Origin: Tubiluchus corallicola
Lineage: Eukaryota; Animalia; Priapulida
Assembly (NCBI GenBank): GCA_030141605.1
Contig: JAQGDQ010000157.1
Span: forward strand, 1 to 64,000
DNA length: 64,000 nt
Direction: 5' to 3'
Part shown: piece by piece, positions 1-12,900 of the stretch
Numbering within the stretch: position 1 is the stretch's first letter
Layout of the letters: each line of letters starts with the position of its first letter
Position numbers and translations under genes: made by a program
Notes under the pieces: model-generated
What the model was told of the DNA's origin: nothing
Database searches by the model: none
The model's input: the letters and a program-made list of their open reading frames with translations, nothing else

Positions 1-129
1 CGTCGAGAGCCTCAGTAATCAACATAATGGTTGGAGGCAAGTTTATATCCGTTTTACTAGCAAAGCGTTGCACATTTTACGTTGCTATTATAATGCATTG
101 CCACCTGGTTTCACTATATAAAAAACTAG

Positions 130-1430
130 TTTGCAAACGCCAAGTAGTTGCAAACTATGTGGAAAGTATTCGCACTATTGACATTGGTGGGATTTAAATG
201 AAACGTGTCTGCAGCTCCAAATAGTTGTACGCGAGGTGTAAAATACTAGCATTGTTGACATTTGTGGGATTGTCCGTGAGCATCAAGTAGTTGCACACTG
301 GATGGAAAGTATTCGCATTACTGACATTGGTGGGATTACTGCATAAGAAACTTGTCTGCAAGCTCCAGATAGTTTCACACGAGGTGAAAAGTACTAGCAT
401 TACTGACATTGGTGGGATTACTGCATAAGAAACTTGTCTGCAAGCTCCAAATAGATTCACACGAGGTGAAAAGTACTAGCATTACTGACATTGGTGGGAT
501 TACTGCATAAGAAACTGTCTGCAAGCTCCAGATAGTTTCACACGAGGTGAAAAGTACTAGCATTACTGACATTGGTGGGATTACTGCATAAGAAACTTGT
601 CTGCAAGCTCCAAATAGATTCACACGAGGTGAAAAGTACTAGCATTACTGACATTGGTGGAATTACTGCATCAGAAACTTGTCTGCAAGCTCCAAATAGT
701 TTCACACGAGGTGAAAAGTACTAGCATTACTGACATTGGTGGGATTACTGCATAAGAAACTTGTCTGCAAGCTCCAAATAGTTTCACACGAGGTGAAAAG
801 TACTAGCATTACTGACATTGGTGGGATTACTGCATAAGAAACTTGTCTGCAAGCTCCAAATAGATTCACACGAGGTGAAAAGTACTAGCATTACTGACAT
901 TGGTGGGATTACTGCATCAGAAACTTGTCTGCAAGCTCCAAATAGTTGCACACGAGATGAAAAGTACTAGCATTACTGACATTGGTGGAATTACTGCATC
1001 AGAAACTTGTTTGCAAGCTCCAAATAGTTGCACACGAGGTGAAAAGTACTAGCATTACTGACATTGGTGGGATTACTGCATAAGAAACTTGTCTGCAAGC
1101 TCCAAATAGATTCACACGAGGTGAAAAGTACTAGCATTACTGACATTGGTGGAATTACTGCATCAGAAACTTGTCTGCAAGCTCCAAATAGTTTCACACG
1201 AGGTGAAAAATTAGCATTACTGACATTGGTGGGATTACTGCATAAAGAAACTTGTCTACAAGCTCCAAATAGTTTCACACGAGGTGAAAAGTACTAGCAT
1301 TACTGACATTGGTGGGATTACTGTATATCACACATGTCTGCTAATGCCAATTAGTTGTGCACTAGATGGAAAGTGCGCGCCTTATTAATTTTAGCGAGAC
1401 AACTGTAAATGAATGTCTGCAACCACTAAG
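130..1430. repeat. 82-bp tandem array in the left arm (~12 well-conserved units plus degenerate edge units)
   Basis: The motif gaggtgaaaa (or a one-base variant) recurs at 381, 463, 544, 626, 708, 790, 872, 954, 1036, 1118, 1200 and 1281, a period of 81-82. Unit: cacacgaggtgaaaagtactagcattactgacattggtgggattactgcataagaaacttgtctgcaagctccaaatagttt. Confidence 0.97.
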
Positions 1431-2104
1431 TTTTGTGCTCATTACATATTTAAAACAAATCTTTTACTGATGCTAAAATTCTAGATTTTAGTTGCGCCCG
1501 ATTTCGTTTGTATGATAACCTTATTTTGAACTAATGTCTACACAATCGACAGGTTTTGCTTTAAACATTCAACACGCCATGCCATGTCTATTGTATTAAA
1601 ACAAGTAACACATTTTTAAACATGTTAATCTTGTTTTTCTGACCTTTTTAATCGGATTTTTATCCTCGACGTTATTTGTGGACTGTTTGCACAACTAAAA
1701 GGTAAATCGGTTAAAAACCTACACATTTTCTTTTTTAACAAGTATAAGTTATATGCGCCTGCACAATGCTGACGTCTTTTAATAATAAATGAATTTTTCC
1801 AAACAAAATGAAAAGACTGACGTATAATTGTTAAGCAGGTATTCGTACCATAATGCAAGGTGAATGGGAACATTAAGCTTATTCAATATACTAAAAGGAA
1901 ATGTGCAATGAAATCATTCAGTTGCACAGAACGCTGAACTGCTCTGTCCCATTAAAATACGTCATCAGCAAGTTACAAAAACCCAGCGTACAGGGTGCAA
2001 CAAAACAAAATCGCGGTTATCATACAAACGAAATCGGGTGCAACTAAAATCTAGAATTTTAGCATCAGTAAAAGATTTGTTTTAAATATGTAATGAGCAC
2101 AAAA

Positions 2105-3410
2105 ACTTAGTGGTTGCAGACATTCATTTACAGTTGTCTCGCTAAAATTAATAAGGCGCGCACTTTCCATCTAGTGCACAACTAATTGGCATTTGCAGCA
2201 GACATGTGTGATATACAGTAATCCCACCAATGTCAGTAATGCTAGTACTTTTCACCTCGTGTGAAACTATTTGGAGCTTGCAGACAAGTTTCTTATGCAG
2301 TAATCCCACCAATGTCAGTAATGCTAGTACTTTTCACCTCGTGTGAAACTATTTGGAGCTTGCAGACAAGTTTCTGATGCAGTAATTCCACCAATGTCAG
2401 TAATGCTAGTACTTTTCACCTCGTGTGAATCTATTTGGAGCTTGCAGACAAGTTTCTTATGCAGTAATCCCACCAATGTCAGTAATGCTAGTACTTTTCA
2501 CCTCGTGTGCAACTATTTGGAGCTTGCAAACAAGTTTCTGATGCAGTAATTCCACCAATGTCAGTAATGCTAGTACTTTTCATCTCGTGTGCAACTATTT
2601 GGAGCTTGCAGACAAGTTTCTGATGCAGTAATCCCACCAATGTCAGTAATGCTAGTACTTTTCACCTCGTGTGAATCTATTTGGAGCTTGCAGACAAGTT
2701 TCTTATGCAGTAATCCCACCAATGTCAGTAATGCTAGTACTTTTCACCTCGTGTGAAACTATTTGGAGCTTGCAGACAAGTTTCTTATGCAGTAATCCCA
2801 CCAATGTCAGTAATGCTAGTACTTTTCACCTCGTGTGAAACTATTTGGAGCTTGCAGACAAGTTTCTGATGCAGTAATTCCACCAATGTCAGTAATGCTA
2901 GTACTTTTCACCTCGTGTGAATCTATTTGGAGCTTGCAGACAAGTTTCTTATGCAGTAATCCCACCAATGTCAGTAATGCTAGTACTTTTCACCTCGTGT
3001 GAAACTATCTGGAGCTTGCAGACAGTTTCTTATGCAGTAATCCCACCAATGTCAGTAATGCTAGTACTTTTCACCTCGTGTGAATCTATTTGGAGCTTGC
3101 AGACAAGTTTCTTATGCAGTAATCCCACCAATGTCAGTAATGCTAGTACTTTTCACCTCGTGTGAAACTATCTGGAGCTTGCAGACAAGTTTCTTATGCA
3201 GTAATCCCACCAATGTCAGTAATGCGAATACTTTCCATCCAGTGTGCAACTACTTGATGCTCACGGACAATCCCACAAATGTCAACAATGCTAGTATTTT
3301 ACACCTCGTGTACAACTATTTGGAGCTGCAGACACGTTTCATTTAAATCCCACCAATGTCAATAGTGCGAATACTTTCCACCTAGTTTGCAACTACTTGG
3401 CGTTTGCAAA
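2105..3410. repeat. 82-bp tandem array in the right arm (reverse complement of the left array)
   Basis: Repeated gcagtaatcccaccaatgtcagtaatgctagtacttttcacctcgtgtgaaactatttggagcttgcagacaagtttcttat. Confidence 0.97.
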
Positions 3411-3839
3411 CTAGTTTTTTATATAGTGAAACCAGGTGGCAATGCATTATAATAGCAACGTAAAATGTGCAACGCTTTGCTAGTAAAACGGATATAAACT
3501 TGCCTCCAACCATTATGTTGATTACTGAGGCTCTCGACGTAGAAACGCATTGATAAAACACACACGTCAACTTCTTTGCAGTTACTTCACAGCAACATAT
3601 GCTGCTTCTCATGTTTTTCACCCGGGCATCCTATCTGTGAAATTGGGTATCACAAAATTATTTTCCTGATAACAACAATTTCATTTATTTTAAGAAAAAT
3701 GTTAGCCGTGAGCTCCTGTCATTAGCAAACTAATTACAAGAATTTAATTTTTCTGTCGCAAAGCAGTTTGCATTTGCATATCTCTACTGTAGGCTCTTGC
3801 CCTGAGCGGACACTAACTTTGTGTGAGACGATTTCTTAA

Positions 3840-4120
3840 AGGAGAACAGTACAATTTTTTATATCCTACGTGGTCCTACCCCATTCTGAAATATGGTAAA
3901 AGGTGTACACTTTAACATCTATAATAATGTGAAAGCGTTTCTGATAATTAAATAATAGGTTAAAATTTAATTGACGGGTGAGCTCAACATCACAAGTGAA
4001 CTTAATTTTCAACAGCACAAACATTCTATGAGCGCGTTGCACACCGTTTACAAAAGCGGAAATTCAACTATAGTGCTACTGAAACACTTTAATTTTAAGT
4101 TAAATACATTTACTGCTCAG
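3840..4120 (+). mobile_element. Kolobok-like non-autonomous element, family A, left-half fragment
   Basis: TTAA (3836-3839) followed by AGGAGAAC. The interior (cctaccccattctgaaatatggtaaa...ttttcaacagcacaaacattc) aligns by eye with 20792-21100. Confidence 0.7.
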
Positions 4121-4484
4121 GACTGTGATCAAATTCGGGCGACTAGCGAATTAAAATTCGGATACAAAACCGTTTCTGAACAGTGACTGCCTTCGCGTAA
4201 TAAGCAAAAAATAAAATAACTAATATTTTCTAACGTAGTAATAGTCAATATTTGATCAATAAACAAAATGCAAAACTCTTACTGTTAACATACGTAGGTC
4301 TAATGCTGAAAGAGACACCTGTGTGACGTCCTTGACGTCAATTTGGAATATAAGAACAACCGCAGCATTTTTTTTTTACTTTTTTTACTCATGTATTTAT
4401 TTTTTGTGCCTAATAAATAGTAAAATAAATTTGCAACCCCTTTTAATATCATTGACTTTGTATTCTAGTGTGACTTTTGCGTAG

Positions 4485-5692
4485 TGTGATATCACATACT
4501 TAGGCTGCATTAATAGTTTAACTTAGTCAATTACTTATGCTAATTGAATGAGTCATTAGTTAATTACTCATTAAGCGAATTTACCTACCATAATAAAGCA
4601 AGTTGTGACTGTAGATATGAGCACGCATCTACTTAGCTCTGGGAAGGGTCCCACTTCATACCTGTTCTAGATGTCCTTCCCAAGAAGGCAAGCAATTGGT
4701 TAAACACTCAACTGAACAGATTATCTAGCCAATAAATCGTCGTGCTACAAGACAAGGTCATCCTACTTTTATCTGATCTAGAAATTGAAACCAGGTTCAA
4801 GACAGTGTCGAACGTGCTAAGCCAGTGAAAGTCGTCCAACATGGCTCCCGACGAATATTTAGTAACAACTGAAGTCAAGACTTAATTACTGTGGCGACAG
4901 AAAGTGATTAAAGGGCAGTGACACACCAAAGGCTGGGTGTCCGAGCCGTGAGGCGAAGACATCAGTAAACTGGCTATTATTCGTTATCTGACGTAGTGCT
5001 ACAAACGGAAGATCGGGAGATCTGGAGCAGAAACAACCAGGCTATGACCAGATGTTGTATCAATGTAGTTTCACGTGCTCCACGGGTCAGGGCTCCACAG
5101 CACTCCACTAGGACTGGAAAAGTAACCGCCCACAACTCCTGTACACTCCACTAACATTGGAGAAGTGGCCATGTAAGATTCCACCCCACTGCTGAAGCTT
5201 TGGAGGAGTAACTGCTCAAGACTCCATGAAGTTCACATAACCGGTTAGACTCGTTATTCCAGCTTCCAGAGTGATGGGAAACGTCAAATGTTGCAAACCG
5301 ACAGCATGCAACTGCAGTTACTACAGCTGATGAGTATACTTATCTTTCATCCTTTTCCTACACCTGGGTTGGGCTAGCTAGTCTTCTGTTTATCTTAGGT
5401 TATCTAGAAACGTTTGGTTAATACTTGTTTGTAATTACAGTATAACAACTTTGCTGTTGTTTTGAAATAAAGTAAATTGCTTTCAGTTCTTATATAAACC
5501 AATTAAACCAAGAATTTATCAGTAATATTAAAAACTGTTTCGCTTGCTTCTATTTGGTATACATGTCTGTGAACTATGCTTAAGTGAAATGATTCACTGA
5601 ACAAACGAGTCAGCACGTATCAGAAATTATTAGAATAGAGTGTTTGTGGTGTCTTAACGAAACGTCCAACGCACGTAACTCCGAACGTTACC
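4485..5692 (+). mobile_element. Possible solo-LTR-like repeat
   Basis: Starts TGTGAT, has a GC-richer core, AATAAA near 5466 and a U5-like ending (...ccgaacgttacc). No clean terminal CA and no TSD seen. Confidence 0.25.
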
Positions 5693-6673
5693 TATTGTTC
5701 TGGGCCGCCTCCCCTCCTTTCTAGTTGCTTATTTAGTAGTCAAAGGAAAGGCAAAGCCTTCTGGTTAGTTAGGCATAAGCGCCTTCTGTAACTAGCAAAA
5801 TCACTTTAAAGTCGCGATCACTTCATGCGTGGGCGGTCCCATTTTTAATGTCCATTCTTCCAATGACGCCTTTCGTCCTGAAGAAATGTAGCGCACTGTC
5901 ACTCTCCATTAAAAGTGCATAGATAGCTGACTGTTATATTCTTGCGTGAACATTAGGTAAGTCGCAGAACTTTGAATTAGTTTAAGCAACGCGGCTTACG
6001 GAAAGCCACGACGCGCTTAAAGTCACGAAGACTCCCAGTTACGTCATGATTTTCAAGTGAATGGCGGCAACCACTACGCCTGAAAATTTCTATTCAGAGA
6101 TAGTATATTCTAAATTTATGCTTTACAGACAGAATTTGTAAATTTCTTTGTTATATTTTTCAAAGTTTAAGTGATAACAGTAAAATAGACCCAACATACT
6201 GAGCGACTTGTTCTTTCCTTTAACTAAATGCAAACTTTCCTGGTAACCATTAAAGCATTCCCTATAGTCCAGAATGAGCACGCGCTAAAACTATACAACC
6301 CACAATCCTCGTACCACTTCATTCCTCGCAATTTAATTTGTCGCCTCTTTCCCAGCCTCTGCTCGACCATTTTACCTGTCCCTAAATCATATTAGAGGCA
6401 AACTGAACGAGGCAGATTGATGTTGGCAGGCCTTCACTAATCGCCTGAAGCAGTACATCAGCAACGTTGAGTAAATTACTGCAGCCCTTTCACTTTCCTC
6501 CTCTTCCCATTCCGAGACGTCAAACGTAATAGCTAGCATATAATACTACAGACTCGTTAGGAGAGTTTATAGTGGTGGATGAAATCAGAATTTCAATCTT
6601 TTAACTAACCTAAGTTGCAGTTTTTAAAATTAATAGTAACTGTTGTGAATGGATTGCCACCAGTCAATAAATT

Positions 6674-6705
6674 TACTACTACTGCTGCTGCTACTACTAC
6701 TACTG

Positions 6706-6740
<35 letters not shown>

Positions 6741-6816
6741 ACTGCTACTGCTACTGCTACTGCTACTGCTACTGCTACTGCTACTGCTACTGCTACTGCT
6801 ACTGCTACTGCTACTG

Positions 6817-6903
<87 letters not shown>
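6674..6903. repeat. Compound trinucleotide microsatellite (CTG)n/(CTACTG)n/(CTA)n
   Basis: Directly visible. It explains the poly-L, S, T/A and V ORFs in the track. Confidence 0.98.
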
Positions 6904-7410
6904 TATTCTTTTTTCGCAAGACGCTTGCACGCCACGATATTCGATAGATTTTAACGCATAAATGGAGAGCTAACATGGGCCTATTGTCAACACTACCATC
7001 TATAACTCACACTCAAACTTTTTACTCAAAATAAGTCATTCATTCACTTACAAATCTGCGATCTCGCGGCCAGACGCATGTCAAAATAGTTCTCTGCCTG
7101 CCTGTATTTTAGCACCATGCCTGCAACGTTTGCCCAAACACAAAATACTTTGAACGATTTTCAATTAAAGAGCGTTTCGCAAACACTGTAACAGAAGAAA
7201 ACTGGCCACTAATAAATCAATATATATTTTAATCAGAAACTAATAAAACTATAAAATGAAACAGGACAAATTGTACAAGAAAAAAACGACAACAGATCTT
7301 CCTGTGAGTAACAAAAAGTAATTCATTATTTAAGTAAATATAATTTGACAGACCTAACACTTTCTACATGCGCCTAAATATACAAATATAAATAAATATA
7401 AATATAAATA

Positions 7411-7525
7411 AATGGAAGGAGTTTGCAATTCCATACACAATTTAAATACCCTAACCCAACCCTAATCCTAATCCGCTTCAGGGACTAATTTCTTGTGTGT
7501 GGGGAATTGTAAACTTTAGCCAAAT
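7411..7525. repeat. Short hairpin element with a telomere-like CCCTAA core
   Basis: gagtttgcaattccatacacaa (7419-7440) is an imperfect inverted repeat of ttgtgtgtggggaattgtaaactt (7493-7516). The loop contains ccctaacccaaccctaatcctaa. Confidence 0.65.
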
Positions 7526-8469
7526 AAATTTTATTTAGGCACACATTGCAGACATCCTGCTTAAAATGGAGGCAAACAGAGAACTATTTTTACAAGCATG
7601 TGGTCGCGAGATGGCAGATTTGTAAATGAATGAAGGAATGAACGAATGACTTTTTTGAGTAGGTTTCAAATTTGATTTGAATACAGGTTTGAGAAGGCTG
7701 CGTTGAGAAAAAATGCCGTGGATAGACCCACGCCACCTCTCGATTTAATGCGTTAATATCTAGCGAATGATGTGAAAATTTGGCGTGCAAAAAAGTGTAC
7801 ATCTGTCAGCAACGCAACAATTTTGATTTCATTTAGCTGTAAAATGTTCAGTAACTATCAAGAGAAAGACGTACGACAAAAAATTAATAAAAACCAAGAA
7901 AATACATTTAATATTTTTAATTTTTTCTTATTCGATAAGATTTTAATTAAAACGAACCCTTTTATTTCTCATTTCCCCACGAAGAGAACACGAAGTTAAT
8001 TAACATGACTTTACTTTTATAAAAAACACTGTCATCACTGTTTTCAGAAGTTGTAACGCAGTATCAATCAGTATTGCACAATTTTGCAAAGTTTCGGTAC
8101 AAAATAAAAAGTTTGATATTAGATGGATACAGCTATAATTTTTCACCTGCAATCATCAGTTCATAACACATATTAAAAATGCCTCGTAAATTTTAACATA
8201 CTTTCTGCATTACGCCATATTAACCACGTTAAATGAGGTTTGGTTAAATATATCGGAAATAGGCAATAACGAATCACTATGCGCTAAATATGCCATATAT
8301 AGCACGTAGATTTTACACATATCCGGATTTTCCTCGGGCTGCCTATCTACGCATTTTTCAGTTTCAATTTCCGGCAACGTTAACTGAATGCATGCTATCA
8401 CTACCAAATCAATTATAGGAAATCTATTTCACTTTTATACCTTTTCTTATCGACCTCTTTTCTTTTATG

Positions 8470-8799
8470 CTTAAAATTCAAACTTAAAATCTACCGCTGT
8501 GCTCACGCATGAGCTCCAAAGCATGTGCACTACGTTATAACTGAACACCTCTAAACTGAGAGGTACAGCACCTGTTCTTGTGGAAACTGTTTTCGAACTG
8601 CAGGCGCTAGCACCTATCTAACTAGCGAAAGGCGAAATGCATGTAACAGCAAAGAATTAGTCGCGAGAAAGTTTAAATACGATTATGTGGTAATAATTCT
8701 TTCATTCTTTCATTCTTGAAAAAACAGCAGTGTTTATTTTCAACATTTTGTGAGGTAGATTGTTTTGAACTATAGCTTAAGATTGAGCCCGGTTTACCT
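8470..8799 (+). mobile_element. Kolobok-like family A, right-half fragment
   Basis: Aligns with 21085-21411 (gctgtgctcacgcat...gaggtacagcacctgttc...gaactgcaggcgctagcacc). Ends GGTTTACCT followed by TTAA. Confidence 0.8.
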
Positions 8800-10493
8800 T
8801 TAAAGAAAGGCAAAGTTTCGCTTGTCCCATGTTTCCAAAAAAAGCATCAACAAGAAGCTAATCACGTCATTCTTAACACAGCAGTGGATAACAAACCGAA
8901 TGAAAGTAATCATTGAATGACATTAGAATCTCTCTTTGGCATTTAAGAAATTTGATAATTTATCAAAACGCACATAATAGGGCAATTAAAACTTTGATTT
9001 ATAAGAGACCTACCGCAATGCATTCTGAGCTAAGAAATTCGGTTGTCATAGTAACCAAGAATAATTGATACTCGTTATTGTTGCTGTGAAAGTAAAGCGA
9101 TTTTAGATGGACAGGAACTTGTATGGGTAATAATTTATTACTAAATCCTATGCATATTGGCTTGCTATCACTTATACCTGATACAACAGTAAAGCTGAAA
9201 GAGAAAAGAATTATAATCGGATCCATTTACGACCTCTTAGCTAAACACTTTCTAATTTTCAGTTTTTTTTTGTTTTTGAAAAACCACATCAGTGATTCAT
9301 AAAATTTCACTGCAAGCAGGCCGCATCTTATTAATTAATAAGCCTCTAAGTGTATAACTGATGCATTCCAATAAATAAGGTTCGATTCGCACCATGGGTA
9401 TAATTTTTACTGCTCCCAGTTTCCAGTTACATTGAGCCAACTTCTTTAGGCAAAATTTTGCCCAAGCTTTCTAACTAACACACAGCCATGATTTCGACAC
9501 TGGAGCCCAGATCTTCTTATGTTTTCTACTTGGCTTTCTTTTGCGGGCTTCTTTCAACAAAAAATTGTATGAAAATAATTATTTCACAGCAGAAAACTTT
9601 TATCTCAACGATCTCTGTTTCCCCACAAAGTACAAATTACACTTGACTCATACTCAAACAGGACTTCAGTAAGTTTTGAGAAATATGACTCTCTGGCGCC
9701 ATCTCGGGTCAGCATTCCAAACTACTTCAAAGATAAATTTTGGGCATCAATTATACGACATAATTATAAAACAGATCAATAAAGTAAAAACTGAAAAGAA
9801 TTAATCAGTTTTGTTGTAAAAACTTCGATAGTTTTGATAAAAGCTTCTAAACACAACACAACCACAGAAGTTGACACACTTCCAACGATAGTCGAACCAA
9901 CTGGTAATTTAAATTCTTGCTAAAACTCTTCCGTGGTTTTACACTTTCGCGCACTTTAACTACCAAACTACTCTAGCTATCACTTTTTAAGCATAATTTT
10001 TATTATATTTCTGAAAAGTGATTTTAGAGGTTCAAAAGTGCTAATGTCTGAAAAGCATCTTCAGACGAATTCAAACGAATTTTTGCACATTTTTCACGTT
10101 GCTTTTGTGCAGTATTAGAATTATACTTAAAAGGCAAGAACATGTTTTTGTTTAAGTTTTTCTAGCAAACTAGACTTCAAAAGATCAAAAGACGAAAGAC
10201 AAAGACACTTGAGATTTATTTACCGTCGCTCATTTAGCAGACAACGTTAGCATGAAGTGAAATAATAGAAAAGGTATTTGTCACAAAGGGATGTAACATG
10301 TGCTATTTTCCACGTTTCCTCTGCGGCGCAATTAGTACAATATCTGTGTTATACGCAGAGGGTCCCACTGAAGTTTGGTTTCCTGATTAGAAGAGAATAT
10401 AATGCGGCTTATATGGTTTAATCAATCAACTTCAGCTCCTGTGAAGGTTAGTAGCGCTTCACTATTGAATGAAAGTCACAAAGACTTTGCTAA

Positions 10494-11042
10494 AGGGAAA
10501 CTGGACCCAAACTTAAACTATAGCTGTTAACCAATCTGCACTATAAAATATTGAAAGGGAACATACCATTTGTTAAAGGATTTACATGAAAAATTTATTA
10601 CGACAAAAACCTAATTTCAAGTTAGATGGGCATTAGCGTCTGCATCTCGGAAACGTGCACAAAACACAGGCACTGTACCTCCGAGTTGAAATGCAGTTCG
10701 GCTGTGATGGGCCACACATGTTTGAGAGCTCATGCGTTAGCATGGCGGCAAACTTGAAATTTATATTTATAAACGTATATCACACTGAATGTTGCACAGT
10801 ACCATTGCACTTCAATTTCTGCTTTCGCAAACACGTGTAACACGCTCATGGAATGTTTGTGCTGTTAAAAATTATGTTCACTGTGATGTCATCACTATTT
10901 GGACTCGCTCGCCATTACTAAACTTTATAGCCTATTAGTTAATTATTAGAAACACTTTGGCATTCTAGTGTGAGTGTTAAAATGTATGCTTTTTACCATA
11001 CTTCAAAATGGGGTAGAATGTGAAAAATCGCCCAGTTTTCCT
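10494..11042 (-). mobile_element. Kolobok-like family A copy
   Basis: Termini AGGGAAAC...GTTTTCCT, flanked by CTAA/TTGA (degenerate TTAA). The interior is the reverse complement of the 20792-21411 copy. Confidence 0.75.
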
Positions 11043-11595
11043 TTGAGCTGCAAAAAGCAAAGTCGTGGAAAATGAAGTCGGAAACTTGGCAACAGTTGTG
11101 TTTTGGGTTGAATACACGCACGTTTTCAACTATTCGATAATAAACTAAGTAGAAAAGAAAATTTGTTGACATCATGACACAGACAAATTATAAGCAATTA
11201 CAATCAAGTGCATCCAACTAGATTTAAACGTGTGTCAGCCCAAAAGCTGTTGTACTTATATAAGATTATGAGAATGCTTCAACAACCCAACTCGGGTGAG
11301 ATAATTTTCACATTAGATTTTAAGTTCCACTAGGAAGTAGGACCCCTTTTCCTTACAATTTAAGTTTCTCTTGCAGAAAAACCTTTGAGTGACTTATAAA
11401 ATTCAGAAGTGGATGCACTGACAGTCTAACTCCCAGTGTAGAAAAGTGTCCTGACAGTGACGAAGTCACACTTGGGAAAACTTGCATGATAGTGTAGACG
11501 CGCTTCATTCAACATACAAGATGGCGCTAAGTTGTATATCATGTTATAACCGCCAGGGAAACGTAAACGTTTGCACTCGTGTGGTTGACTTATAG

Positions 11596-12238
11596 CAGTG
11601 GTTCCTAACCATTTACTAGCCAAGTACCCTTTCGAAATTCAGCGATCTGCTGCGTGTACTCCTTAACATTTTTTAGCAATATGAGTCTCAAGAAAACACT
11701 TTTACTGCTATGATTTAACTATACAAGCAAAACCGATAAACGAAACGCCAAATTCAAGAACAAAATACAAGAAAAAAGACGATCGGATGCCACATCAGAA
11801 AACGCACTTGCAGTCGAACTGTGAAGTAGCCTCAATGGCCGCCGTTCGTTGACGCGAGCTTCTCTGAAAACCGCCAACTCGCCTACCGCCATCCACCAAC
11901 AGATTTGCCTTGCCAAACGTCTATTTTACATAATAAATTAACATCTTTATTACAACGATAGGCAGTGCGCAGTGAATTACCCGAAAAACGCTATTGTGTT
12001 GCAAAAACAATGACCTTTTAAAATACAGACAATCATGATGTTCATGGACTTAAATCTTGTAGCACACTCTTTCCTCACACCACGAAGCCGTTACTCCCAT
12101 AAAATTCGTACTACATACGTGTACACTCTATGGCAAAAAAGAAAATTCTGATGTGTTACACGACACAACTTTTGCGTACCCTGGCTTAGCTATTTCGTAC
12201 CACCAAGGGATACGCGTACCCCAGGTTAGGAACCACTG
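11596..12238. mobile_element. hAT (Charlie-like) MITE
   Basis: Perfect 15-bp TIR CAGTGGTTCCTAACC / GGTTAGGAACCACTG. The 8-bp TSD acttatag / gcctatag matches at 6 of 8 positions. Confidence 0.85.
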
Positions 12239-12439
12239 GCCTATAGTGAAAAGTAATTCCAAAGAGAAAACTGACAGAATAGCAAAGACCCACAAGTGGT
12301 TCACTCGAACAAGAAGGTGAGCTATACAACTTTACTAAATGATACTGTAGACTGACAGCGTACAATTGTTATTCGATCTTGATAACCAGTGTGGCATAAG
12401 TCTGTATACACAATAAAACCCTAGCTCCAACTTACTGGT

Positions 12440-12900
12440 TGTGCATTAGAGATGCTTATGCACTTATCAGCATTAGAAGAAATGCAAATATCTGGCTAGT
12501 TTACTAGGCAACGAAGCTGACACAAGACGCAAAAAATATTAGCCCTGGCTGAATATTCTAAGCTTACAAAGACCTTTGGAAATCCGAATCTCACCACAAA
12601 AACTAAACTACATGTTTTGTCATCATTAGCAGAACCTGCATTTTTGCATAATTCTGAATTGTGGACAGTCAAAGTTGACCAGAAAAATCAAATCGTCGCC
12701 TTCCAAAGACGCTTGTACAGAAAGATGTTGAGTATAAAATGACCAAAAAAATCTCAAATCAAAATCTATATAATTTAATGAGCAAGAAGCAATAGAGTGA
12801 CGTCATACAGAAGCGTCGGTTCAGATGGATTGGATATATCATTAGATTACCACAGTATTCTCCACTTACTACAGCATTACACCAAGAGGAGGACAGTTGA
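12440..12900 (+). mobile_element. Decayed RTE-clade LINE ORF2 C-terminal fragment
   Basis: Manual translation gives CKYLASLL, TKTKLHVLSSLAEPAFLHNSELWTV...AFQRRLYRKMLSIK* and QKRRFRWIGYIIRLP, which match the RTE post-RT motifs. Stops and frameshifts are present. Confidence 0.75.

Larger units (their letters stand above)
1..3626. mobile_element. Foldback-type element: long inverted arms (1-1520 and 2015-3539) around a 494-bp unique spacer; left end lies outside the window; putative right terminus ...TTTTTCACCCGGG at 3626
   Basis: Base 1 pairs with base 3539 (cgtcgagagcctcagtaatc vs gattactgaggctctcgacg). Inner arm ends are tatgataacc (1511-1520) and ggttatcata (from 2015). Mirrored ORFs 194..460(-) and 3080..3346(+) are almost identical. 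The terminus at 3626 is inferred from resemblance to CCC-type ends of animal EnSpm/CMC elements. Confidence 0.85.

Noticed and set aside
194-3346. ORFs inside the tandem arrays
   Set aside because: An 82-bp unit cycles through all three frames, so these are by-products of the repeat.
130-3410. 82-bp arrays as a CRISPR array or hammerhead-ribozyme array
   Set aside because: Units are contiguous with no unique spacers, there are no cas genes and the context is eukaryotic. Only some units carry ctgatgc (not CTGATGA), and I found no convincing flanking stems.
6605-6976. Poly-V/T/S/L ORFs
   Set aside because: Translations of a microsatellite.
7449-7474. True telomere or chromosome-fusion site
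   Set aside because: Only four degenerate units, and they sit inside a hairpin element.
10320-10390. tRNA-like sequence
   Set aside because: The boxes are too degenerate and there is no cloverleaf; at most an old SINE head.
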